From: Octopus sinensis
Lineage: Eukaryota
Reading direction: 5' to 3'
Assembly (NCBI RefSeq): GCF_006345805.1
Contig: NC_043016.1
Location: 7,812,001 to 7,876,000, forward strand
Length of the DNA: 64,000 nt
Shown here: in pieces, positions 52,536 to 64,000 of the stretch
Layout of the letters: every line of letters starts with the position of its first letter
Position numbering within the stretch: the first letter of the stretch is position 1
Program-made: the position numbers and the translations under genes
Notes under the pieces: model-generated
What the model was told of the DNA's origin: nothing
Seen by the model: only the letters and a program-made list of their open reading frames with translations
Database searches by the model: none

Positions 52536-55500
52536 GTTTGACTTTTGCTTTATATTTGTACAAGTTAGCTCCAAGTCTCACCCAGAGACCTCAAGAGACA
52601 ACAGGTTGGAAGTTCGTATTGTTGTTATGCCTAGTGTGCCATATATTTGGTTTTGTATTTAGTGTTGTACTAGTGAATGCTAAAAAAAAGAAAATTATGT
52701 TTGTTTTTAAAACTTCAGATTACATAGAAAGTTTTGCGTAGGATATGAGCAGTTCCCATGAGCACTATCGTTTGAATTTCTGCCATTTTGGGGTTCCTGG
52801 TATCTGAGTTAGGTAGCGGTCAGCCCCTTTTGCTATCATTCCCAGGGCACCTATGACAACAGGTATTGTTTTACTTTTCAGGTTCCACATTTTGCTGATT
52901 TCTATTTCAAGATCTTTATATTTGCTCAGTTTTTGGTAGGTCTTGACAGATACGTTTATATCGATTGGGACAGTCATATCAATGAGGAGACATGTTCTTT
53001 GTTTGAAGTCTTTCAATATGATGTCTGGCCTATTTGCATCTATCTTTCTGTCAGTTTAAATGGGGAAGTTCCAAAGGAGTGAGATGTGGTCATTTTCAAG
53101 CACTGGAGGTGGTTTGTGTTCCCACCAGTTTTTTTCAAGGGGCAAATCCAGGTTTTTGCAGATTACCCAGTGAATATATTATGCAGCTCTATCATGCCTG
53201 TTGAGATACTCTGTAGGCACTAGAAGACTGCACTTGGAAACAACATGATCAATGGTTTCATTTTGTTGTTGATATACATGACATGTTGGGCTACTGCTGT
53301 TCTTTAATATGTTGGCCTGATAGTTCCTTGTTGGTTGGCATTGATCTTGAGCTGCCATGATAAACCCTTCTGTTTCAGATTTTAAGCCAGAGGCCATTAG
53401 CCATTGATGGGTCAGGGCTTTGTCAACATCTGCATTATTCGCTCTCTTTGGGTATTTGCCATAGAGAGGTTTTTCTTGCCATTTATCATTCAGAATATCT
53501 AAGGCAGCAGTTTTAGCACGAGTTTTCATGCGTTTAGCTTTTTCTGTGCTTGTTTCTTGTATGTCTAATTCCGAAATTTGTTGCATTCGGAATTCACTTA
53601 GATATTCCTTTGCCTGTTTTGCTACTGAGTATGATGCTTTCTTGTTTTCATGTTTTGAGACAAGTTTTAACATCCAGTCCTCAGAGTTTTTCAGGTAGGT
53701 GTCTAGGCCAATTGTAGCAATCTTCATTGTTATTGCCAGTTGTAAAAGTCCACGGCCTCCCTCTTTTCTTGGCAGATAAAGTCGTTCTATATCTGCCTTA
53801 GGGTGGTGCGTTTTCTGCATTGTCAACAGTTTTTGTATTTTTCTGTCAAGATTACATATTTCAGTAATTGACCAGTTAATGATATTAAAACTGTAAGTCA
53901 CAATTGGTATGGCTAAAGCATTGATTGCTTCGATCCTGTTTCTCGCATTTAGCTCTGTCTTGAGTATTGCTCTTATTCTGCGATAACATTCTCTCCTGAT
54001 CCTTTCCTTCATCACTGAATGCCTTATTCCGTCCCCTTCAATTACCCCTAGGTACTTGTAGCTCTCCGCTGGGTCTAGTTCTTTTATGACATTCTGCTGG
54101 TCAAGGTTAACGTTAGATGTTTCTGTCATTTTTACTTTGATAAAGGTAGCTTTTGCATATTTATCGAGGCCAAATTGCATTCTGATGTCATCACTGAATT
54201 GTTTAACAATTGTTAGTAAGCCCTTGAGTTGATGGTCATTTTTTGCAAAGAGCTTTAAATCATTCATGTAAATGAGATGATTTATATTTTTATCAAACAT
54301 TTTATATCCGTACTGCGAGTCATTGAGCAGTTTTGAGAGAAGTATTAAGGCTAAACAAAAGAGGAGTGATGATAGTGAGTCACCCTGGAAAATGCCACTT
54401 GAAATTTTTACATCACCAGCATTTAGAGATTCATTGTCACTGTTCAAAGTTAGTGTGGTTCTCCATGATCTCATACTTACAGACAAAAAGTTTCGCAGTG
54501 TAGGTGCTATTTTATACATTTCCAGGCATTTCTTAATCCAACTATGTGGTAGGCTATCAAAAGCCTTTTTATAGTCTATCCAGGCTATCGACAAGTTTTT
54601 TGTCATTTGTGACAATCTTCTAAGATCATCTTATTGAGAGTAGTTGATCTTTACAACCATAGGATCCACATTTACATCCTTTCTGTTCATTCGGAATATG
54701 CTGCTGTCTGTTAAAAAACTATAGTATATTCCGTCAGGACAGATGTTAGCGTTTTATACATAGTTGTTAAGCAGGTTATGGGTCTATAGTTTTTTGGTTC
54801 ATTTGTTTCTTCACTTTTTGGAAGCAGGAATGTTAACCAATTAACTAGCCAAGGAGGCATCCTACTAGGGTGTTGCAAAACATCATTGTACAGTTCTGTT
54901 AGCGGTTCATGGCTCTCTGGGAAGGCATTCAACCAGAAGTTAGGAATTTTATCCTTTCCATTTGCTTGACCTCCTGAGAGCAGATCTTATATCTTCTACC
55001 TTGACACCCTCCCACTTTTGCTCTTCTAAGGAGTCCAGTTCTGTAGATATTCTATCAATCCAGGGGGCCTTTTCGTTGTGTGTTTTTTCTTCTGCCCAAA
55101 TTTTATTCCAAAATCCCTGCACTTCTTCTTTTGATGGTACAGACTTTATAGTAGCTGGTGTTTTTCCTATCTTCCTGTAAAAATTTTTGGGGCTATTTTT
55201 GAACATGTTGTTGTCCTTGTAGAATCTAACATGCTTTTCATACCTCGTTATGCGAGCAGCTTTAGCAGATACCTTTTGCTTGATGGTTTCAATGGTGGCA
55301 TCAATATCAAGTATAGTTTTCATATCATATTTTTTCATTAATTTTTGGGTTTTTGTAGGTTTGGTAGTCTTGTCAGCCTCATTTTTTTTCAAATATTCAA
55401 TGTCAGACCTAAATAGGTTAATTTGTTGTTGGATACGCTCTTGCCAAGAAGGTTTTTTGTGGGAATGTTGCCGTTTTCTAATCTTTTCACCACATAGAAT

Positions 55501-55893
55501 CGTTGAGATTTTCGTGGATGCGTAGTACAGGTGGTTGAGATCTGTGATATCAACATCATTAGCTGAAATTATATTCTTAAGTGCAAGGCGGATTCTACCA
55601 ATTATTTTCATGTTTTGGTTAGAGTTGCAGATTTTTGGGAGTGTATCGCGTTCATCCATGCTGGTTTCTTTAATTTTCAACCATTCAATCATGATTTGAT
55701 TTTTTAGTTCATGTAGTTCTGTTGGGTCAATATTTGTGTGACTTTCTTCATCTATTTGATGTTCATCTGTCTTAGTGTTTATGATTACTTCAGGGAGTAT
55801 TATACTTTGCCTATCACTTATACTAACTCTCTCAATCCTTATTGCGTTTTTATCAGCCCTGGGCTGGTCTATAATTAGTTCCTCTATATTACC

Positions 55894-55898
<5 letters not shown>
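52533..55898 (-). mobile_element. R4/Dong-clade non-LTR retrotransposon, longest copy (~3.4 kb), frameshifted
   Basis: ORF pieces 54949..55692, 54711..54932, 53179..54615 and 52765..53016: NYRPITCL, WIDYKKAFDSLPHSW, GIFQGDSLS, YMNDLKL, RPDI RLE; (AAT)n on both sides. Confidence 0.95.
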
Positions 55899-55959
<61 letters not shown>

Positions 55960-55962
55960 AAT

Positions 55963-56344
55963 GTTACTCTTTTACTTGTTTCAGTCATTTGACGGCAGCC
56001 ATGCTAGAGCACCGCCTTTAGTCGAGCAAATCAACCCTGGGACTTATTCTTTGTAAGCCCAGTACTTATTCTATCGGTCTCTTTTGCCGAACCGCTAAGT
56101 GACGGGGACGTAAACACACCAGCATCGGTTGTCAAGCAATGCTAGGGGGACAAACATACACACAAAAATATATACATATATACGACAGGCTTCTTTCAGT
56201 TTCCGTCTTCCAAATCCACTCACAAGGCATTGGTCGGCCCGGGGCTTTAGCAGAAGACACTTGCCCAAGATGCCACGCAGTGGGACTGAACCCGGAACCA
56301 TGTGGTTGGTTAGCAAGCTACTTACCACACAGCCACTCCTGCGC
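55963..56344 (-). mobile_element. SINE family A, full length
   Basis: Family A motifs on the reverse strand. Confidence 0.9.
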
Positions 56345-56696
56345 CATCACAACTACCACCAGGACGACGACGACGACGACCACCACCACCACCACTATCA
56401 CCACCACTGCCACTATCACAACCACCACCACCACCACCACCATCACCACCATGACCACCACCACTGCTACAACCATGTTACATAAGATTTAAAAATAAAA
56501 GTATGCTTTGTACAACTTTGTAACCATATGTGTATATATGTGTGTATATGAGTGAGAGTGGTCATTTATGGTTGTAGTGTTGGTGGTGTGTGTTGAGATG
56601 GGGTGGGTGGTGATTGTTGCAAGCGAGGAGCAGTGGTGGTGGAGTTGTAGACTGTGGAGATAATTACAATGATGGAGATTAGATAAGGTGATGATA

Positions 56697-56734
<38 letters not shown>

Positions 56735-56787
56735 AATGATGATGATGATGTTAATGATGGTGATAATGATGATGATGATGATGATGA

Positions 56788-56831
<44 letters not shown>

Positions 56832-56921
56832 ATGATGATGATGATGATGATAATGATGATGATGATGATGATAATGATGATGATGATAATGATGATGATG
56901 ATGTTAATGATGATGATGATA

Positions 56922-56959
<38 letters not shown>

Positions 56960-56960
56960 A

Positions 56961-57021
<61 letters not shown>

Positions 57022-58320
57022 CAATATTGGTGGGTGGCTGTTGTGTGGAAAGGTGATGATTGTGGTGTGGATGTTGTTGTTGTTGATGTTGTGGTTGTGG
57101 TGGTGGTGGTTGGTACAGCACTTTCGATGATAATTAATGATGATTATAATGGTGGTGGCGATGGTGGTGGTGGTGGTGGTAGTTATATGATTACTACAAC
57201 ACTTATGATGATGAAGTCGACTGATGATAACGGTGATAATGATGACGACGACGACGACGATGACGACAATGATGATGATGATGATGATGATGATGATGCT
57301 CATGCTGGTGGTTGTGGTGGCGGTGGTGGTGGTGGTGGTGGTGTTGGTGGCGGTAGGTGTGATAGTGGTAACAGTGGTGTTGTTGTTGTTGGTGGTAGTC
57401 GTGGTGATGACAGAAGATGAGGATGATGACGAATGATGGTGATGGTGATGGTGGTGGTGGTGGTGGTGGTGGTGACAGGTAACGATGATGATGATGATGA
57501 TGATGGCCATGGTGATGGTAATGTTGATGGCCATATCAATAATGATGATGATGGTGGTGGTGGTGGTGGTGATGATGATGATGATGATGATGACGACGGT
57601 GGTGGTGGTGGTGGTGGGGGGGGGGGTGATGATGACAATTATAATCACCAAGAAAGCAGCCAGTTACTCTAGACTAGAGCATGAATTTAATTAATCTTTG
57701 GAGAGAAATTTAAGCTGTCAAAAATGACAAAAGGCTTTTTTTTTCTGTTATTGAGTCTCCCACCACCACTACCACCACCACCAACAACAACAACGTCATT
57801 ACAATCACCATCAGGTACATGCCTCCAGCCAGCAACACATCCTCTTGTATTTTTACTATAACCACTAACATCACTGCTCTACCACCACCACTATCACCAC
57901 CACCACTACCACCACCACTACCACCATCACAACTACCACCAGGACGACGACCACCACCACCACCATCATGACCACAACCACCACCACCACCACCACCACT
58001 ATCACCACCACTACCACCATCGCAACTACCACCAGGACGATGACAACCACCACCACCATCATGACCACAACCACCACCACCACCACCACCACTATCACAA
58101 CCGCCACCACCACTACCACCACCACCACACTATCACCACCACTGCCACTATCACAACCACCACCACCACCACCACCATGACCACCACCACTGCTACAACC
58201 ACGAAGACCATCATAACTGCTAATACCACCACCACTAGTATTCGTCACCATCACCAACCACCACCATCATTATAAATACCGACTCCACCACCACCACCAC
58301 TACCACTGACATTTTCTATT
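56345..58320. repeat. ~2-kb trinucleotide low-complexity block (CAC / GAT / GGT / CAC)
   Basis: Directly visible; explains ORFs 56489..58257. Confidence 0.95.
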
Positions 58321-59974
58321 TACTTATCCTTGATCTATTGTAAAATTATCGAAACAGGTGTTGAAAAGAAAATCTAGCTTACAAACACACACACACATAC
58401 ACACACTCAAATAAATACAACTGCACATACACGCACACAAAACATTTGCAATCATAAACTTGTGTATTTGCATATCGTCCACACAACTGCTATCAATACA
58501 CAAAACATTACATATAATCAGAACTGTCAACCTCCTCCTACTCATCATCATCATCATCACCATCACCACCACCGTTATCGTCACCATCATCATCATCATC
58601 ATCCATCATCTTCCTCAACATCATCATCACCATCACCACCACCGTTATCGTTATCGTCATCATCATCATTACAACCGTCATTGTCGTCTTCATCATCATC
58701 ATCATCACCATCCCCATGAGGAGGGGATGATCTCTCTTATTATCCACAAGGTCTCAAAACATTGTGGATGATAGGAGTATGAAATAAAAAGTGGGATTTT
58801 CACTAAATAAAAACAACAAAAAAGAATATAGCAATAAAATTTTCCCTACTCCCCAAACCACCAAGGCATATTTGGGAGAAACTCTACATTAATCTTCCAC
58901 ACCCTAAGTAAAAAAAAAAATAAATAAAATAAAATTGCTGTTTCTCTGTTTCCCCTACTCAGTAAAACTAACTAGGAATAAGCCCATCCAGCTTTGCTAT
59001 ACTCAGCCACTTTTTCTTAAACTCTCTCTTTTTCCCTCTCTCTCACCCTTTCTTTCTCTCTTTCTCCCTCTCTAGTTTCATTTTTCTCATCAAGTGCTAC
59101 TTGGAGAAGTTAAAAAAATGCCAGTCTTCAAAATTTCAGACAAGTTTCCATCACACAATTTCTTTTGCAATAACCATTAAGCAGAGAAAAATGGTTGCCC
59201 TTTGCTACCATTGGAAAATTGGCAAGTCAATTTTCACTATAGACTTGGCACTGAGAGCAAGATTCATCGGACATGCAACAGCAGTAATTTGATTGAGGAC
59301 TAACAAGCCTGTATGCACGAGCACTGAGCAATAGTGTGTAAGATGGTTTTTATGACCACATTTCGGATACGCTCAGCTGCTACACACACACATATCTGTC
59401 CTTGCTATGCTTGTAGACTGGCATGCAACAGTCACCAGTTAGGGCCTTCATGGATGATTTGGATGTAACAACATCACCAATCCATCTCTTTATTATAGGC
59501 ATGTAGCCTGAATATAGAATAGACATTGCAATTACGTACAGACAATACAAAATTTGTGGTACATATAAAAATAATGGATATGAGATGAGTTATGTGTAAT
59601 GGGAAATGGAATGGCTCATGAGTCCCCCAAGCTCACAGTTTCATTTTACAGTTCTTTATACATTTTGTAATACAGTTTGTAATTGTTCTATTTATCTATC
59701 AGTTATATATTCAATTATGTCCTCCATCCCAATCACATTGGTCAGATTATCATAGCACATATGTATATTACTTACTTTAATCTTCTCTTTAAATGTCTCT
59801 ACTAATTTTTCTTTTTTTTTTCTTTTTCCACAAACACCACTCTAGCACTAGGTTCAAACATGTCGTGTTCCAATTTCACTCGTATCAGACCTTTTGTTTT
59901 CGTTAATCTTTTTTCTATTTCCATATTCTTTTCGTAAAATATTAACGTTCTTAAGTTCTCTCCCGAAGGTCGTT

Positions 59975-60675
59975 CTGTTTGCCTCACTTGTGGCAGGTGT
60001 CTTAAGAACATTTGAGGGGCAAGAATGAGCGCCAAGCCATTCAAATTGAGGTCCCTTCAGCTGAAGAGATGGTGAGTAGTGTTAAATGTCTGCTTCACCA
60101 AATCTAAAACCACAATTCCAGTGCTGTCAAAATAAACAGTTAAGTCTTTGGGAAGACTCTTTGACCAAGGTTCAAAGGATATGGTTTTATGGTTTTACAC
60201 GAAACCAATGGAAACCTTAAGGTCTTGTTTAACAAGACAGGCAAATCCTTCTTGCCTAGTGAATTCAAGGCTTGGATATACCAGTACAGTCTGCTCAGGG
60301 CTTTGTGATTACAGATACTATATGTTGTCATATGCCTACTGTAGAAGCCTTAGTGAAGTCAAGCAGTCATTTGAGACTGTGTCTAGCTAGTATTGTTGTG
60401 TACTGATCCAATTAGATCTTATGGTTTCCTTCAGCAATCACACAAAAGAATTTGTAGTGAGACAAATGAAAGATGCCATGCAGTACAAAGACTCCGGCAG
60501 CAACAACTCAAATGAATATGGTATTGAGTTCCACTCAGTTAGAAAGTGGAATGCTACTCAAGAGTCATGGGTTGTAGAGGAATGGCTGCAGAAAAAAAAA
60601 GTTTTGTTGGGATCAGAGAGACAGGGAGATCAATATGAGGTTGCAGGGTCTGTAAGGGCAAAAGAAACGTGCTAA
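59975..60675 (+). mobile_element. HERO-like (R2-group) non-LTR RT relic
   Basis: ARMSAKPFKLRSL..TVKSLGRLFD..FKAWIYQYSLL..VRKWNATQES resembles HERO post-RT motifs (ARMxFKPxKSRSL, VKSLGK.FD, FKAWIYQH, GRKWxA). Confidence 0.7.
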
Positions 60676-60699
60676 CATTTCTAAATATACACAGGCCTA

Positions 60700-61015
60700 G
60701 AAGAAGAACAAACTAGTAAGATAGTGGGAGTCAGTTAACAAAAAGTTTGTACAAGGTGGAACAAACATGAAACAAAAATTTGTTGTATAGTTCTATATTT
60801 AAGAGATGAAGAATTATTTACATTATTTACATTATGTACATTATTTACATTATTTACATTATGTACATTATTTACATTATTTACATTTGACGGATATTTG
60901 TCCTCATCTTGTTTGTTGTTAACAACATTTCGGCTGATATACCCTCCAGTCTCCATCAGCTGTCTTGGGGAAATTTCGAACCTGGGTTTTCATTCCTAAG
61001 GTATTTTTCAATGTT
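60700..61015 (-). mobile_element. Penelope-like pLTR-type repeat with decayed hammerhead and 9/27-bp minisatellite
   Basis: Reverse strand CTGATGG-A-GACTG-gagggtatat-CAGCC-GAAA-TG-TT at 60919-60964; (ATTATTTAC)n variants at 60812-60888. Confidence 0.45.
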
Positions 61016-61043
61016 ATCGTCATCATCATCATCATCATCGTCA

Positions 61044-61105
<62 letters not shown>

Positions 61106-61109
<4 letters not shown>

Positions 61110-61364
61110 GTTTGACTTTTGCTTTACATTTGCACAAGCTGGCTCCAAGTCTCCCCCAGAGACCTCAAGAGACGACAAGTTGGAAGTTCATGTTGGTGTT
61201 ATGCCTAGGGTGCCATATATTTGGTTTTGTACTTAGTGTTGTACTAGTGAATATCTAAAAAAACATGAAAATTATGTTTGCTTTAAAACTTGAGATTACA
61301 TAGAAAGTATTTTGCATAGGATATGAGCAGTTCCCATGAGCACTATCTTTTGAATTTCTGCCAC
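61106..61364 (-). mobile_element. R4/Dong 3' UTR fragment (same family as 52533-52790)
   Basis: Colinear high similarity to 52533-52790; (AAT)n on both sides. Confidence 0.9.
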
Positions 61365-61437
61365 ATTATTATTATTATTATTATTATATTATTATATTAT
61401 TATTATTATTATTATTATTAATATTGTTATTGTTGTT

Positions 61438-61699
<262 letters not shown>

Positions 61700-61700
61700 T

Positions 61701-61778
<78 letters not shown>

Positions 61779-63522
61779 TTGGCACTGTCACCTCTATCTG
61801 ATATGCTAAATAGAACTGGATGCGGATATAAATGTTACGGCAAAACGATCAGCCACCTTTTATATATGGATGACCTAAAACTATACGCTGCAAATGACAA
61901 ACAGCTGGAAACACTATTAAAGACAGTTTATGGATTTACCAAAGAAATAGATATGAAATTTGGATTAGAAAAATGCGCCAAAGTAACCATGAAAAGAGGA
62001 AAACTAGTTAAGAGTAACAACATCACACTAGATAAAACCAATGAAATAAAAGAATTAGACCAAAGCCAAACTTACAAATACTTAGGAATTCATGAACTAG
62101 ATAAGACACAACACACACAAATGAAAGAGAAAATAAAAAAAGAATATTATAGATGAGTTAGGTCAATACTAAAAACAGAGCTCAATGCTAAAAACAAGGT
62201 AATAGGTATCAACACTTTAGCTGTCCCAGTTATAAGTTACAGCTACAATATCCTTAACTGGACACGAAATGAACTGTCCAAAATAGATAGGAAAACAAGA
62301 AAAATACTGACAGGATCTAGGATGCATCACCCAAAATCTGACATAGAAAGACTATATATACAACGTATAGAAGGTGGTAGAGGCCTTATACAGCTGGAAA
62401 ACTACTATAAAATAACCACCATAGGACTGCAAAAATACCTACTTCAGAAGGAAGGAAAACTGATCCAGATAGCAGCAAAACACGAGCAAAACAAAAAACT
62501 GTTCTCAGTATTTAAGGAAGCTGACAAATACAAACAAGAAATCATACCACCTAATAAACACAAAGAAGAAGAAGAAGATGATGAAGAAACAACAAAAGCT
62601 ATAAAACAAATGAAATCCAAACTAAAAATAGAACAGCAACGAGCCATGATAAAACGATGGCAAGAAAAGCCCCTTCATGGTAAATACTGGACTAAACTAA
62701 ACGCAAAAGAAATAGACAAAGAAAAATCCCAGCAATGGTTGAGAAGCTCAGGACTCAAAGCAGAAACAGAGGGATTTTTAATTGCAGCACAAGACCAAAG
62801 CCTCCCCACCAGAAATTACCAAAAACATGTAATGAAAAGAAATATTACAAGTAACTGCAGAATATGTGGAGATGGACAAGAAACAATAAATCATATTATC
62901 TCTAGCTGCCCAGTCCTGGCTAAGAAGGAATATATTCACAGACATGACAGAGTTGGAACCTACATACATTGGAAGCTATGCCAACATTATGGAATAACAA
63001 CAGAAAAAAGATGGTATAGGCACACACCAGAAAAGGTCACAGAAAACGAGAAAGCAACCATACTCTGGGATATGCCGATACACACAGATAGAGAAATTAA
63101 GGCCAACAGACCAGATATAGTTGTCAGAGATCATGAAGAAAAAAAATGCTTTCTAATTGATGTATCAATACCGGCAGATGACAACGTGTCTCTAAAAGAA
63201 ATGGAGAAACTCTCAAAATACAAAGACCTGGAAATAGAGGTAACTAGAATGTGGAACCTGAAAACAGAAATAATTCCTATCATAGTAGGTGCATTAGGCG
63301 TGATAAAAAAATATTCAGATAAATACATAACAAAAACACCAGGACTTACAAACACATATAACATACAGAAAATTGCACTACTAGGCACTGCACACATCCT
63401 ACGCAGAACACTTTCCATACAATAACCATCAGAGCATCACAACAAATCACAGCACATACCCAAGGCACACAGAGCTGCGCTCGGTAGTGAAGTGAAAGCA
63501 CGCTATAAAAATAAAACTACTG
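61779..63522 (+). mobile_element. R4/Dong-clade non-LTR retrotransposon, 5'-truncated, near-intact frame
   Basis: About 548 codons (61779-63425) with a single in-frame TGA at 62154: YMDDLKLY, CRICG..HIISSC, RHD, RPDIVV..IDVS..EK..KY RLE; (AAT)n on both sides. Confidence 0.95.
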
Positions 63523-63554
63523 AATAATAATAATAATGATGATGATGATGATGC

Positions 63555-63606
<52 letters not shown>

Positions 63607-63611
63607 AATAA

Positions 63612-64000
63612 ATGCCCTGATGCAGTACCAGGCAGTGGCTCTCATGGCTTCTGATCTTAACTGATTGGAAGTGTTATCATGTACATTGTTTTGTCTTGGT
63701 ATAAAACATGGGCTACAGCAAATATTCTGCTCAATACCACAGATTTGCTTGTCAGTTGTTTGACCTTAACCAGTTGAGCATGTCCCTTAGTGGCTGACGA
63801 TATGTGCATCTCTGATCATGAGCAGAAGTAGTGGGGGAGTATCATAGCCATGTGCTGAGAAGGATTCTTTGGGGTTTGAATAATTCACCTCTGGAAACAT
63901 GGGTGTTTCGTTCAACGTCCTTAAACCACCCTTATTCAGGGACCTTTTGAGCGGGATGGGTTACTCGATCTGAAGAAAATTCTAACTGGGCTCCACCTGC
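63612..64000 (+). mobile_element. ~555-bp (TAA)n-embedded element, copy 3 (runs off the window)
   Basis: Reverse complement of copies 1 and 2. Confidence 0.85.

Noticed and set aside
46268-55898. Segmental duplication explaining the two SINE / 555-bp element / R4 stacks
   Set aside because: The SINE copies are much more diverged than the 555-bp copies, and the R4 3' UTRs are unrelated.
59802-60044. ORF 59802..60044 (-) as a standalone gene
   Set aside because: Its 5' part is the antisense of the HERO-like relic; only the 3' part is kept, as a weak exon candidate.

Overview
Eukaryotic, AT-rich, repeat-dominated DNA with one 100-N gap (18202-18301). The repeat content (several tRNA-derived SINE families, (TACA)n/(TAA)n/(CA)n microsatellites, R4/Dong, RTE, CR1, HERO and Penelope-like relics) looks like an octopod cephalopod genome; this is inference, not a database result. 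I cannot support any intact host protein-coding gene. Most ORFs in the track are microsatellite or low-complexity artefacts, and the real coding relics are all transposon-derived. The most notable structure is at 46-64 kb. There, six R4/Dong-type retrotransposon copies all sit in (TAA)n tracts with the same strand polarity. Three copies of a ~555-bp non-coding element each lie directly 3' of, and co-oriented with, a different R4/Dong copy. A palindromic head-to-head tRNA-like dimer sits between two divergent R4/Dong copies. The window also has minimal hammerhead-ribozyme-like motifs with a non-canonical core, several long fold-back hairpins, an AT-rich inverted-repeat element, and a telomere-repeat-containing MITE with GG ends and 8-bp TSDs. 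Family names were assigned by eye from motifs, and element boundaries are approximate unless a TSD or TIR is quoted.
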